64,000 bases of DNA from assembly GCF_001194135.2 (NCBI RefSeq), contig NC_068985.1, positions 7,109,112 through 7,173,111 of the forward strand, written 5' to 3'. This DNA is from Octopus bimaculoides (Eukaryota). This document shows, in pieces, positions 1 through 14,378 of the stretch (position 1 is the stretch's first letter; each line of letters starts with the position of its first letter). The position numbers were made by a program, and so were the translations under genes. Below the pieces are notes generated by a model that saw only the letters and a program-made list of their open reading frames with translations, did no database searches and had not been told where the DNA came from.

Positions 1-190
1 TTATCTAGATCCCTTTACAGAGAAACCTATGTGTATGTTTCGCTAGACACGCTTCTAAGTGAATATTTTAGGGATATTAGATTTGAAGGAAAGGGTAAAA
101 TTAAGCCCCAAATATAAATATATATAAGTCCCAAAGTTATCTACATTCACGCACCAAATTTGCAAAATCAGTTTTGAATCCGTTCTCGAC

Positions 191-193
<3 letters not shown>

Positions 194-258
<65 letters not shown>
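194..258. repeat. (AC)n microsatellite
   Basis: Perfect AC dinucleotide run, read directly. Confidence 0.98.
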
Positions 259-259
<1 letters not shown>

Positions 260-602
260 TTCGTAATTTGTAGTTAGATTATTTATGCAGCTCGCTGTAG
301 AATATATTTCAACGATTAAATAGTTACAGCTAATTAAGATCCAATATACGTAATGATTGCTTTTATATATTTTATTTTCAAAGTAGATTTTAGTACCTTA
401 CAACATCAGAAGAGCATCAAATCATTTATTTTCATTATATTCTTTACTATATCTGAACTGAACCAAAAATTCGAACCCAAAATAGCATAGCCTCCGGATC
501 CAATCAAATTTCCTTGCCCAAAACGTGCGAGTAATTTTGCTATTCATGTCAATTCTAAGTATCTTTATTTTATTATCTCTTTTTTGATAGTGATCCGCTT
601 CT

Positions 603-838
603 CGAATATGGTAAGTCTCCTGCGGCCCGCGTCGTATCTGGTAAGTCTCGGGCCATCACACTCAGGACCGCCTTACATTCGTTTTTCTCTTACTCTCGGC
701 ATTTATAATGTCTTCCAGTAATCGTTAATCTCAGATACCTCTCTCAGAGCGTAATATATCAAAAAATTTTAATCTGCTTGTCATGTGTTTCTGCCTCATA
801 CAGTGCCGACGAAATCCACAACCAAGTCATTTCTTCCA
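603..838 (-). mobile_element. Possible decayed RTE-type LINE ORF2 3' fragment
   Basis: Minus-strand translation KQIKIF*YITL*ERYLRLTITGR loosely resembles the RTE C-terminal RQLKFFGHI..R..L.ITG motif. It is stop-ridden and the match is weak. Confidence 0.3.
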
Positions 839-861
839 GATCAAACCAATAAAATATTGAT

Positions 862-1040
862 TTCCAGCTCTGGCACAAGGCCAGCAATGTCATGGGAGGA
901 GATAGGTCGATAATATTGACACCGTTGCTAAACTGTTACTTATTTTATCGACCCGAAAGGATGAAGGGCAGAGTCGACCTCGGTGGGATTTAAAACCAGA
1001 GTCTGAACATTTTGCCCGGCGTGCTAACGATTCTGTCAGC
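862..1040 (-). mobile_element. SINE family A copy (tRNA-like head, CCTTTCATCCTTTCGGGGTCGATAAA core, type-1 tail)
   Basis: Reverse complement matches the copies at 16389 and 62847 (ttatcgacccgaaaggatgaagggcagagtcgacctcgg ... gcccggcgtgctaacgattctg). Confidence 0.85.
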
Positions 1041-4017
1041 CTTAAACCCATAAGATATTAATGATAACATTAGAAATAGATTCATTCTAACAAACGCCTA
1101 TAATACACTGGAGATTGTAACTAAATTATTTTTTCCGAGGTCTCCCTGGTTGATCATTTCTTGATAAATAGTACTAATAAAAATCATTTTTCTACCAGTA
1201 AAAACAGCTGAATGAGGGAGAAAATTACCACTATAACCCCAACACAAGAATTGAGATTCATGGCAGATTTTCGTAACATTTTATTTTTTTTTACTGTACA
1301 TGATTCAGTGCCGCTGCTGTTTCGTTGTTCAGTCAGCATTAAGAAGTGGCTGATATTTATTTTGGATTAAGGATTACTATGTAAGGATTACTATTTGTAA
1401 CATTTCTATGAAATTTCAATGCCAAAAATCGACTGCGTTCGTTACACTATTGTTCGGATTAAATATAGAACTGCATTTATATTATATCGGTGAAGTGAGA
1501 GAAACGGTGCTGTGCAGAACTATACATGTATTTGCGTCTCTCACTACTCTGCATTGAAATCCAACCGGTGTTGCTTTGAACTTCATTCATTTGTGATCGA
1601 TAAAATCTGTCACTGAGTTGAAAGAATTGGGTTTCATTTATATTAGATTATGCCTTGTACTGAACGGAGGAGAGCGGAGATTAAGTGCAAAATTACCGTA
1701 GTTGGGCTTAATTTGTCATCTAGTGTATATTCACTTGCAAATATAAATTCTTAATTGCACGTATATAGAGATCGTGAATTACTCATTAATACTCTGATCA
1801 TTAATGCACACTGGTTTGGTATTCGTTTAATGGAGTGATTATTATTATATTTAGTAAGAAGAAAAGGCTACTTCTGATCACAAATTGATGGAAGTAATTT
1901 ATAAATAAAAAATTTGAATCTATGTGTAGATGGATGTGTGTACGTAAATGAGGGCAATTGTTCTCCTTTGTATTTCTCCCCGTCCTCATTTAACAAATTC
2001 GAAACGTTCAAACCAACGTCGAACACTTTTTCGTTCAAATATCTGTATGCATTTAATCCATAAAGGATTTAATGTGTATTAATCAACCGATAATGATGCC
2101 TATAATTTAATAACAAGGCATGTAGCACATGTAGATTAAAAGCTCTGTCGAATAGTTTTAACTTCGGAATTTAATAAGTAGTTTGCTTGTATATTTTCTT
2201 ATGGCTTTTCCTGTACAATGAATATAATTAAACCTGGTTTTCCGAAAGTTACATTCAAATGGAAGCAGACAAGTAAATGTGAACTGAAACTTTTAACAAC
2301 AGATTTCAATTAATTAAACTTCGTTTGAATTAAATGAAAATGAGGACGGTATTAATTATTTAAACAACCCAAAATGAAGAACATGTAATTGAAATAGATT
2401 TTAGTTTCTGCAAGCTATTCATTAATATTATCTTATAAACATATGTGATTCAACAGCATTTAATTTACACCTATTGTTTTACACAATGTGACAGGCAATT
2501 ATGTTAAATAAAAGGCAATTATTACAAACTAATGTGCAAATTACCCATTAGTGAACGCAAACCTATATTCATACAATTCTAGTGCTGAGTGAAGGTTGAA
2601 GGGCAATGTATGTATAAATTGTAATGATTATAATAATTTGGATTCAGACCTGCTACAAGGTCACTAAAGTATGGGGAAGGGTAAGAGTTGCTACATTAAG
2701 CAGAAAGTCAGCTGCAGTAAAATAAACCTGAAATTAAGACAAAACATCTTAAGTAAAATGATTTTCTTTTTTTATTTTAGTTGTGAAGAAACTGTCTTCA
2801 GTGCTTATGTTCTTGGTTCAACTACAACGAGTTACATTTTTGGCTAAGTACATGTTTAATTTAGCGTCAGATGAATACAAGTCTTATGAATGAAATTCGA
2901 TGGAAGAAACTAGGAAATGGTTGAATGGATGTAACTTGTAATTCAAATGTCATATAGTGCATCACGTTGAGTCGGGTTTTGTATTAAGGTAACAGATAAA
3001 CCAATATATAAATCAGTCATGAATTAGGCTAGCACCGTTAATCACAGAGTGATTTATATATCTGAGCTTTCTGTACTTGTCATTAATTAAACAATATTTA
3101 TTTTATGCAAATACGGTGTAATTCAAACGTTTAACAGCTAAACACTGAATCTGTTGAGGAAAAGAAGTTGGATACCTCGTCTCTGTGAAGCGACCAATAC
3201 ACTATGAAACGCTCCGCCGGAAATAAATCTCTCTTGCTTTTCTGTACAACATTAATAACTTAGAATGTTTCTTTCAATATTTAAGCCAAAGTGAGATTTT
3301 CAATTGTCTTTGATTATTCCAGTTTTTTCTGATTTACAAAGTGTTATGCATAAAATAGACGAACTGTGAATATGACAACTATGCAAATTAAGTTTCCCAT
3401 TACGGTGCTCACCAGATTTATGACTGTCTTCTATAGTACTGTACTATCCATTGGGTAAAGATACAGCTCTAGTGGGATTTTCTTTTTTTGTGAATATCAT
3501 TCGGAGGAGTCATTTGTTCACTTGGAAAACTGTTTCGAATTCAGTAACAGCAAATTCTTCAACTATGAAATCTTTTTCCTTTTTTTCCATCTGTAAATGC
3601 TATCAGGCACATATCTTTTGAAATTTTCTGTCAAACCGTCCAATTACACATTTCAGCTCATATTTCCTTCTGTGTACATCTAGTGGGTCATTGCTTTCCT
3701 CATTTTCTTTTTACTCTAGATATATTAAGAAGAAAATATACCGCTGTTGACTCTTAGTTATATAATTTTCAATTTCATTTTTAAATAGTATTTTCATATT
3801 CTAAAACCCCTGCGCGGGCACATAAATACGAACGCACGTGTATATAATTTTATATTCTTACAGTTGGACCAACGCTGTGAAATGTTTAGCTGAAAAAATT
3901 CAAGTCACTACTTATGTTTTTGAGCGGTGTGTTTATCAATACAAGACTTCTTTGCCGAAAAGCGGTTACGGGGACACAGCGACACTAAAACCAGTTGACC
4001 AATAGTGGAAGGACAAA

Positions 4018-4037
4018 TACACACACACACACAGATA

Positions 4038-4089
<52 letters not shown>

Positions 4090-4415
4090 CATACATTATT
4101 CGTTTTTTGATTTCGTTTGTAACACGCATATGGAGACACGTAACCATACATACTGACAATGCATAGTGGCAAAATCCCATAAACAGACACACTCACGCAT
4201 GCAAACACACATAAAAATACACAAATACGAACACATAAACACATATGCAGAATATATACATACAAACGTACATACATATATACATACACGCACATACATC
4301 CATACACACACTTACAAGCACGCATGCATAAATACATACATACATACAGAAAGGCAGACAGACATGTGTATACACACACACACACTGACCCACACATATG
4401 TGCACAAACACACAA
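4018..4415. repeat. Compound degenerate (AC)n/(TA)n microsatellite
   Basis: Seen directly; it explains the CV/YI-rich ORFs here. Confidence 0.9.
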
Positions 4416-4941
4416 ACAGTACGCAGCTCGCATAACGGACAGTCAACGACTATTGGAAACGAACTTCCTAACCACACGGCCATACTGTGCCTATATAGTG
4501 ACAATACTTTCAAACTAAATGTGTTTCACCCACATATTCTTACTGCTGTCTGATGTTTCAGAATGAAATCCAATACAGACAGAATCTCATAAAATTGTCT
4601 TCGATAAATGAAGACGGTAACAATTAGAACTACCGATATTTTTGACCACTCAGTCACTGAGAGAAACAAAGTTACGATTTAGTGAATCGTGAAAAAATAT
4701 GAAATGCGTTTTCCCGCAGTTTATGAAGATTAAAGAAAAGAAATATCGTAAGCACAGAGGATAAAGATTTGAGAGGGAGATTAAACATTTGTTCTTATCT
4801 TCCATTCATAGCACAATGAATCCACTTGTTCAATCAAGCTCGCATACGCTATTCACTAGAGACGTGCGTTCTATTTTTCGTCGGAAGAAGTCAGTAGCAG
4901 CCTGTTGAACAGAATAAGAAGTATGTGTGGTGTGAGCATAC

Positions 4942-4979
<38 letters not shown>

Positions 4980-5391
4980 GCATACACACAGTGAGAGAGA
5001 GAGAGAGACAGACAGGCAGACAAAGAAAGAGTAAGAAGGAAAGACAGAGTGACAAACAACAAAGATTGATATATAAACAGATAGAAATAGACATAAATGT
5101 ATATGTGGATAAATGAACGTACATTAGCCTTAGACTATTTTCTGTCTTACATACAAATACAACACAACTACCGATATATTCATCTCTTTCCTTCCTCTCT
5201 TTTTATGTATAAATGTGCATATGGCCACATACGCAGACCTGCAGAATGAGAGAGAGAGAGGAATGCGGAAAATGATGAGGCCGAGAAAGGGTTATGGAGA
5301 TGGTTGTGTGCTGAAGTCTATTACATAATAGTGTAATAGATAAGTATCTATGTGTCCCTCTCCACACACACGAACAAATGTAAGTATGTAT

Positions 5392-6055
<664 letters not shown>

Positions 6056-6246
6056 TATGTATATATACATCTACCTATGCACATATTTGTATATGAATAT
6101 GCATATGTGTATATATATATACGTAGGCATACACACATAATACACAAACACACACACATATACATAGATATAAATACAAGTACGCTTGTATAGAGTGATG
6201 TAGATATATACATATCCATATATACATCTTTGCATACATATATATA

Positions 6247-6288
<42 letters not shown>

Positions 6289-6694
6289 AATTTAGAACAA
6301 ACAGTAAAAGATCGTTATGGTACTCGGAGTGAGGCGAACGACAGTGAGGCGAACGACAGAGACAGACAATTGGCAGAATTTTTACTGCCGTCATTGAGAA
6401 CGTTTCCGATATTCTTTTCTCTATTCTTTAAACTCTGAATTCAAATTCTGGCGAGGTTATAATTGTTCCCATTCTGGGTTGACAAATGCAATACAAGTCT
6501 GTCTGTGATTTGGAAAATTGCCCAGCCACGTCGTGTGTTGACATCGACCCTAGAAAATTAACAATAATCTAGGACCCAAACACACAGATATACTCGGATA
6601 TGTGTTTATGAAGTCTCTGTGTATTATTTGAGTGTGAGCGCCTGTGTGCAAGTATACGTATGTTAGAAAAATTAACACAAATATATTTACTAAG

Positions 6695-6875
6695 TGAAGG
6701 TGCCTGGCCTAGTGTTTTCGGGTGTTCCACTTACGTCACCGTAAGATCATGGTTTCTGCTCCCAGTCCGGCGGGGCGTTTTACTTTCGACTGAGGCACTT
6801 TATTTTAGGTTGTTCCAGTTCACAAAGATGTGAATGTGTAGCCCTGCAACGGACTGGGTCACGTTCAGGGGGAAC
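6695..6875 (+). mobile_element. SINE family D, degenerate
   Basis: tRNA-like head plus ttgttccagt...cctgcaacggactgg...cgttcaggggg body, shared with 41166-41397. Confidence 0.6.
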
Positions 6876-7386
6876 GTAGGCATTGTCCGCCAAGGCAATG
6901 GTGTTGCATCATTCGAAAGATACATTATTCCTAGGAAGTGCATTGTGACCAACAGTGTAATAACATCCAATTATCTGGTCGATAAACCGAATATTTAGCC
7001 TCGCTTGAACACCATCAAATTAGAAAAGACGCAATTCTACTTCGATGTTCTTCATGAAAATAGTAATATATCCGACCCCTTTATAGATGGATTAGAGATA
7101 TCTGAATCTCACATGGAATGTAATGCACTAGCAGCATATCATATTCCAGTTCCCATATAATTTCAATTTCCATTAGACATCCATGGTCTCTGTTCCCTGC
7201 CCCTTATCTTGATTTACTTGATTCTATTTTCATTCTTTCTTTTGTTCTCTTTTTATGTCAAAATATTTAAAGGGAAGAAAAGCAAAGAAGGAAAAAAAGC
7301 AGAGAAGGAAGAAAGAGCGATAAGGAAAAAAGGAGTACACAACCCACATGAACACACGCTTATGTTTATGCGCACGTATGCATGTA

Positions 7387-8300
7387 TTGGGTCGTCCCAT
7401 AAATAATGCGGTTTTTTATACTTCCTTTATTTTTCAAAATTAAGATAAGTACAGTTCTTTTTTAATTTAAAATATACTCTCCTTCATTTTCTACAATGCT
7501 CTTCCATCTATCTGGGAGACTTGCAAGGCCCCTCTTCCAAAATTCGCTTGTGCGTCGCGAAAAATACACCTCCAGTACAGTTCAGACCTCATCTACAGAG
7601 TTCATATTTTTTCTGTCTAAATGATTTTGAAGCCTGCCGAATAAATGATAATCAGATGGTGCAATGCCCGGCTACTATGGTGAGCGGGCGTCGTTTCTCA
7701 TTCAAAACTGCCCCAGCATTTGGAATATCAACCTCGCTGCGTGACCGAGCATTATCCTGATGGCAGAACACCTTCCGTCGTGAAACCAATGATGGTCGTT
7801 TTTCTTCTAGCTCTGACTTCAAAAACTGGTTGAATGATCAAATCCAAGCTTCTCTGCAAGTTCCCCAACAGTTACGATGGGATTTTGTTCCTCCAGGGTT
7901 TGCAGGACATCCTCGTCAAGCTCTACAGATCTCCCAGGACGAGGCTCGTCTTCTAGGCTGTAGTTTCCGACTCAGAATATCTGGAATCATCGTTGACACT
8001 GGCTTACGCTTATTGTTCGATTCCCATATACTGCATTAATATTCCTCGCAATTTCCATTGCGTTGTTGCCTTTATTGAACTCATAAAGCAGACTACGCCG
8101 AATGTGCTCCTTTGTCACTTCCATTATAGCTTTGAAAAAATAAAATCGAGCTGTACTCTTCAAAACTTGCACTAAGAATAAACACAAGGTAAAATTACGA
8201 CCTGCTTTTATAGCAAATTGATGCAGGTAGTTTATCCGGTCACTCTCCGACGTTTCGTTCATGCTATTGAAAAAACCGCATTATTTATGGGATGACTCAA
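7387..8300 (-). mobile_element. Mariner (DD34D-type) transposon, internally deleted, both TIRs and TA target duplications present
   Basis: TIRs TTGGGTCGTCCCATAAATAATGCGGTTTT (7387) and TTGAGTCATCCCATAAATAATGCGGTTTT (reverse complement ending at 8300), with TA on both sides. Translation: MEVTKEHIRRSLLYEFNKG..EDEPRPGRS..HQDNAR..IAPSDYHLF..LPDRWKSIVENEGEYI, with stops and frameshifts. Confidence 0.95.
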
Positions 8301-8465
8301 TATGTAAGGATGTATGTATGTATGGATGGATGGATGTATGGATGGGTGTTAGGAACTGAACATGATTTGCACATCGCAGGTTGTACTTCTGTTTGTATGC
8401 GTGTGCGTGCGCGCTCACACGTCTTTGTCTTTGCGGTAGCGAGCGTCTGTGTGTGTTTTTGTGTG

Positions 8466-8496
<31 letters not shown>

Positions 8497-9597
8497 AGTA
8501 TGTGTGCGTAAATATGTTTTCACTACGACAATGTATTTAATTGCAATTATTGAACAGTTTATTATATTCTTTCGTTGTTTTGTTATTCCATTTAAGGTTT
8601 CTCCAATCGATTTTGTGTCATTCTTCTCGGTTCAACATGACATCCGTGATCCAGAGAAATTGTTTTAAAGAACTTTTCATTCAAAACGTCAGTGTCGTTT
8701 TATTTGAATTCTTGTCATCTAAATTCTCTTTAGAAGACCATTTGAAGAAGTAACTGTCAATTATAAATTCTATGGAAGAACTATACAAATTGTCTTCTTC
8801 TCTAAAACCCAAACGATAATCTCGACAACATTTAGCATCACATTAGCTTTCACCCTTTCTCCTTAATTTCTGCCCATTATCGTCGGTAATTGATTTAAAA
8901 GAGATATTTCCTGAATTACAAGTCTCTCCCAGACAGCTATCTTAAAGAAGGGATGAAGAATTAAATTTCATGATACTGTAAAACTACTACGTGAAGCTTG
9001 TTATTTTATCACATCCTAAATGTTAACTATTATCAACGCGAAGAAAAAGCTAAACTTCATGCACACATGCACACAAGAATCTTTTACACTCTATGCTGTC
9101 TCCCTCGCTGGCTTTTACACATATGCAATAAAACAATAAACCATATGATTCAGTATTTATGGAATCGTTCAATTTCGTTTGTTTTTGATATAAGGACATA
9201 AATTGTGACTAATAACGTTGTCAAATTTAGCAGAGTGCTCAATTTCATTGATTTGATCTCTGATGGCTTAACAGCCAACTTTAATACACTTACACTTTTA
9301 TTTTATTTCTGTATATTTTTCAAGATATGGAATCGCATAATTAACAAAAATACAATGAGTATGTTCCAAGTAGAGCCATGTCCTTCTCAGAATGGTAATA
9401 TCGTTTATGCGAGGGTGAGGAAGAGGAGTGAAAGTGTCTGCGCCTACAACTAGAAACACATGCAGTTCATAGTTTGACAAGTTTCAATTAATGCTTGCCG
9501 TAACGTCGGGAGAGTTATAACAACAAGCATGAATGCGTGTGTTGTTGTTGTTGTTGTGTATGTGCGTGTGTGCGTTGTGCGAGCGCACGTGTGGGTG

Positions 9598-9790
9598 GCT
9601 TAAAATTGTACAAAAAACAAAGAGCAAAAGCAGATGAGGGAAAACAAAAACGGTGTATTAGTTTGAGGCTCAGGAGAAATGGAAGAATCTTTGACGTTTC
9701 GATCCCACACTCTTCTAAAGAAAAGAATAAGGAAAAAACATGGAGAAATGAAAAAAGGAGGATACACAAAATTTGATAGGTAAATGGCTA
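9598..9790 (-). mobile_element. Dispersed repeat, possibly derived from a Penelope-like pseudo-LTR, with a degenerate hammerhead-like core
   Basis: Minus strand reads tcttt-AGAAGA-gtgtgggatc-GAAACGTC-aaaga. Its downstream part resembles 59765-59850. The Penelope assignment is inference. Confidence 0.35.
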
Positions 9791-9851
9791 ATATGCCCAC
9801 ATATACAAATATGTAAATGTAATTATATACTTACATGTATATATGTATGTA

Positions 9852-10078
9852 TTGGGTTATCCGGAAAGTTCGTGCCGGTTTTTAAAAGAAAGAAAAAGGT
9901 CAATATATACTTGCCATTACATTTTTAATCAACCAAATATGAACCATTTTGCTGCACAATGCAACTCCATCTTTCCTTTAATTTGATAATACCCTCTTCC
10001 CAGAATTGAGGTGGTTTCATGGCAAATAAGTCGAAAGGTAAGCTAGTATAAATCGGCACGATCTTTCCGAATAACCAA
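9852..10078 (-). mobile_element. 227-bp mariner deletion derivative (MITE-like) of a second mariner lineage
   Basis: TIRs TTGGGTTATCCGGAAAGTTCGTGCCGGTTT and TTGGTTATTCGGAAAGATCGTGCCGATTT with TA flanks; retains the transposase C-terminus KPPQFWEEGIIKLKERWSCIVQQNGSYLVD*. Confidence 0.9.
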
Positions 10079-10221
10079 TATGTATGTATGTATGTAATTC
10101 ATAGATGAGAATCAGATATTCTGTGTATAGAATACACTTTGTAGTACTCAAGAAACTTAAACTTGAGTGGATATAGAAGTAAATGTAGGGATAAGCAAGT
10201 TAGACACATTAATATATATAG

Positions 10222-10385
10222 AGTCATATGACTGCGGCCGCGGTGGTGTACCGCCTTTAGTCAAGCAAATCGACCCCAGGTCTACTTGGTAAGCCTAGTA
10301 CTTATTCTATTGGTCTCTTTTGCCGAACCGTTAAGTAATGGAGACGTAAACACACCAGCATCGGTTGTCAAGCGATGTTGGGGGT

Positions 10386-10426
<41 letters not shown>

Positions 10427-10526
10427 GACGGGCTTCTTTCAGTTTGCGTCTACCAATTCTACTCACAAGGCTTTTGGTCGGCCCGAGACTATAGTAGAAG
10501 TCGTATGCCCAAGGTGCCACGCAGTG
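10222..10526 (-). mobile_element. SINE family B copy, head lost in the assembly gap
   Basis: Reverse complement of the 5703-6055 body, with an internal (CA)n spacer. Confidence 0.9.
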
Positions 10527-11301
10527 NNNNNNNNNNNNNNNNNNNNNNNNNNNNNNNNNNNNNNNNNNNNNNNNNNNNNNNNNNNNNNNNNNNNNNNNNN
10601 NNNNNNNNNNNNNNNNNNNNNNNNNNNNNNNNNNNNNNNNNNNNNNNNNNNNNNNNNNNNNNNNNNNNNNNNNNNNNNNNNNNNNNNNNNNNNNNNNNNN
10701 NNNNNNNNNNNNNNNNNNNNNNNNNNNNNNNNNNNNNNNNNNNNNNNNNNNNNNNNNNNNNNNNNNNNNNNNNNNNNNNNNNNNNNNNNNNNNNNNNNNN
10801 NNNNNNNNNNNNNNNNNNNNNNNNNNNNNNNNNNNNNNNNNNNNNNNNNNNNNNNNNNNNNNNNNNNNNNNNNNNNNNNNNNNNNNNNNNNNNNNNNNNN
10901 NNNNNNNNNNNNNNNNNNNNNNNNNNNNNNNNNNNNNNNNNNNNNNNNNNNNNNNNNNNNNNNNNNNNNNNNNNNNNNNNNNNNNNNNNNNNNNNNNNNN
11001 NNNNNNNNNNNNNNNNNNNNNNNNNNNNNNNNNNNNNNNNNNNNNNNNNNNNNNNNNNNNNNNNNNNNNNNNNNNNNNNNNNNNNNNNNNNNNNNNNNNN
11101 NNNNNNNNNNNNNNNNNNNNNNNNNNNNNNNNNNNNNNNNNNNNNNNNNNNNNNNNNNNNNNNNNNNNNNNNNNNNNNNNNNNNNNNNNNNNNNNNNNNN
11201 NNNNNNNNNNNNNNNNNNNNNNNNNNNNNNNNNNNNNNNNNNNNNNNNNNNNNNNNNNNNNNNNNNNNNNNNNNNNNNNNNNNNNNNNNNNNNNNNNNNN
11301 N

Positions 11302-11317
11302 TGTGTGTGTGTGTAAG

Positions 11318-11350
<33 letters not shown>

Positions 11351-11471
11351 AAGTATATATATATATATGTGGGTGTGTGTAAGTATATATATATATATGT
11401 GTGTGTGTGTGTAAGTATATATATATATATGTGTGTGTGTGTGTAAGTATATATGTGTGTGTGTAAGTATG

Positions 11472-11502
<31 letters not shown>

Positions 11503-11507
11503 AAGTG

Positions 11508-11538
<31 letters not shown>

Positions 11539-11571
11539 AAGTATATATATATACATGTGTGTGTGTGTGTA
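11302..11571 (+). repeat. Higher-order tandem repeat with unit (TG)n-TAAG-(TA)n, 8 units visible
   Basis: GTAAGT at 11313, 11349, 11379, 11411, 11443, 11463, 11501 and 11537; flanked by gaps. Confidence 0.95.
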
Positions 11572-14012
11572 NNNNNNNNNNTATATATATATATATATAT
11601 ACACGCACACACACACACGTAAGTGTCAATTGAACTATTTCTCCTCATTTTCATTATATGGAAGTGAAGGGTTGAAAATAGTTAGCAGGCTCAATTAATT
11701 GTAAAATGCTAATCAATCTTCTTCTTTCCTACTTATGAAGTAAAGGATATTAATACAAAACACAAATTCCATCTGTAAATACATAATTTGGTCTATGGCT
11801 CCCCAAAGATGAATATCAAAATGCTTTAAAGTTTTAATATAATTACAAATGAGTACTAATATGAAAAGCAATCTTTATGTCCCATTTAACGTGGGTGCTT
11901 TGTTCGAACGCCGAATAGTGAGTTATTTACCATGAGAGAATCTTTTATACGGACGCATTAAGCATAAAAGCACACATTTTTATATCTTTGGTGGGCTAGA
12001 ATCTTCTCTCACGGGTGCTGCATCTGCCAGATCACGTGATTTCGACGTACCCCGTACGCTCAATGTCAGACGTCTTGTAGCTGCATATCAGCGGATTTTC
12101 TTCACTGGTAATGATAAATAAGATATCCGTAAATTTTCAGACAAATAACCGGCAGGATTATAGAAAGATAATTGCTAGCAACAGAAGCAGTATTAATATG
12201 GAAAGCCATCTCCATGTTCAACTTCACTAGGATGTTTTTATTTAAATTGCCGAATATTGCGCTATATAGCTTAGAAGGATTTCTCATATGGATGCGAAAG
12301 CAGTGCCGAAAAAGTCAGTGAAATCTTATATATCGTTGGCATGCAATTCATCTGCTATGCGGCTAACATTTGACACGAAAGAAAGGGGGTACGTAGAGAG
12401 CATGTGGTGGAACATCTCCGGCTTTCGTGGCAGACGATAGTCGATGCCAAAGATGTAAATATGTGTACTTGTGTGCGCATACGTCCACACGAGAGGTCCT
12501 CTCAAGGTAAATATCGCAGTATTCCGCGCGCTAACATAGGATCCACATTGAGTTGGATATAAATATTGCCTGTTGTATTAAAGTTGAATATATACCACTA
12601 TTTGTATATAATTAGAAATGCAGCAAGAGGCTATAGTGTGAATAGAGAAAGGTAAATTATCTAATGTGTTTTGTTTCGCTTTTATTCTGTTCAATCCATA
12701 AATTAGTTGACGAGACCTATATGTTATTTGGGCCATAGATATTTGTCACGATTTCAAGCGAATATACATTTATACAAAAAGGTTTTATTTCTTTTATTCG
12801 AGCGATTCTTAGCGTAACGTAGCGTTTATGACTATTAAGCAGGGATAGAAGTATTGTGCGTTCTTCACCTTCTTCTCCGCTATCGGATCAACAGAATACG
12901 TGGCGACCGTCACCGCACATCATTCACTTCACTTAAGAGATACTAAATAGGCCTGAAATGCTTTCATTCTAAAAGAGGCAATTTAATTGATCCACTCTTT
13001 TTACTGTTTTGATGGCGAGAGTCACTTCATTCCACATGAGCTAATTCAGGTTACAAGTCATACTTAATTGGTCGAGATTCACATAAAATACAATTGGCTG
13101 TTCTCGTGCATGTTTCTTTTTGAAGAGGGAACTCTGAGAAAGTAACTATTTCTGAGAAAGTAAATATTCCACTTCAAATTGAAGGTCTGGAACATCAAAT
13201 AGACATTCATTTTGTCTTTGTGGATTTTCTTACACAGGGAAATAACTTCACCGCAGTATGTTAACCGTTGGTATTTGTAAATCACTACGGCATCTTTTTT
13301 TTCTAGCAGAGATGGTAGTATATCGATGATGTCGTTCATACAAAACAATTTCTATAGTTAATGCTTTAATAATGGCAAGATCTATCATGTAAGTTTTTAT
13401 TTGTTGCAAACATCGTAAAAAAAAATGACTTATCTGTTTGTTGCAAAAATACATTGTTATTTAGAAAATGGTTGACACCACCTCCATGCTTCTCACAAAT
13501 TGTATTATACTTTGGGTTAATTTATCCGAAAGAATTTATCCGTAGGTTACTTACATCATTTTACAGTGATATGTTCCATGTTTTTCATAACCTTCATAGA
13601 ATTCTTTCTAAACGACCATAATGTAATAAATGATATCCACTATTATCATTGTTCTTGTCTATCACGAGATACATTTTTTCTGCCAGCGTCGTTAGAAAGA
13701 TACTATTTTGATACGAGTCTTATAAAATTAGTTTTCTTTTCCATTAAGTGATATCCTCAAATCTCCGCTGTGTTCTAAAGTTCATGAACTGAGTTATGCA
13801 TATTATCCCTTCGCCGAACGCGACATTTCTCACTCGATTGTATGTATGAATGTATGTGTATATTAATGTATGTATATATATATATGTATGCGTGTCTCTC
13901 TGTCTGTATGCATGTATCTGTTAATGTATGTATATGCATATATAGAAACACTGCTCAAACACGGATGCACCCACACAAAAGCACAAATAAGAGAGAAAAA
14001 GAATTCAGGAAA

Positions 14013-14378
14013 TGTTACGACGACTAGGGCTCCAGTTGATCCGATCAGCAGAACAGCCTACTGGTGAAATTAACGTACAAGTGGCTGAGCACTCCACAGA
14101 CACGTGTACCCTTAACGCAGTTCTCGGGGATATTCAGCGTGGCACAGTGTGACAAGGCTGACCCTTTGAATTACAGGCACAACAGAAACACGAAGTAAGA
14201 GTGAGAGAAAGTTGTGGTGGAAGAGTACAGCAGGGTTCGCCACCATCCCCTGCCGGAGCCTCGTGGACCTTTTAGGTGTTTTCGCTCAATAAATACTCAC
14301 AACGCCCGGTCTGGGAATCGAAACCGCGATCCTATGACCGTGAGTCCATTGCCCTAACCACTGGGACATTGCGCCTCC
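14013..14378 (-). mobile_element. SINE family C, full length
   Basis: tRNA-like head GGAGGCGCAATGTCCCAGTGGTTAGGGC..GGTTTCGATTCCCAGACCGG; collinear with 47540-47925. Confidence 0.9.

Noticed and set aside
6328-6357. 15-bp direct repeat agtgaggcgaacgac x2
   Set aside because: Only two units and no spacer; an ordinary slippage duplication, not CRISPR-like.
12719-12890. Minus-strand frame ending ..EIVTNIYGPNNI*, reminiscent of the L1 endonuclease NIYAPN motif
   Set aside because: A single short motif with no other APE motifs nearby.
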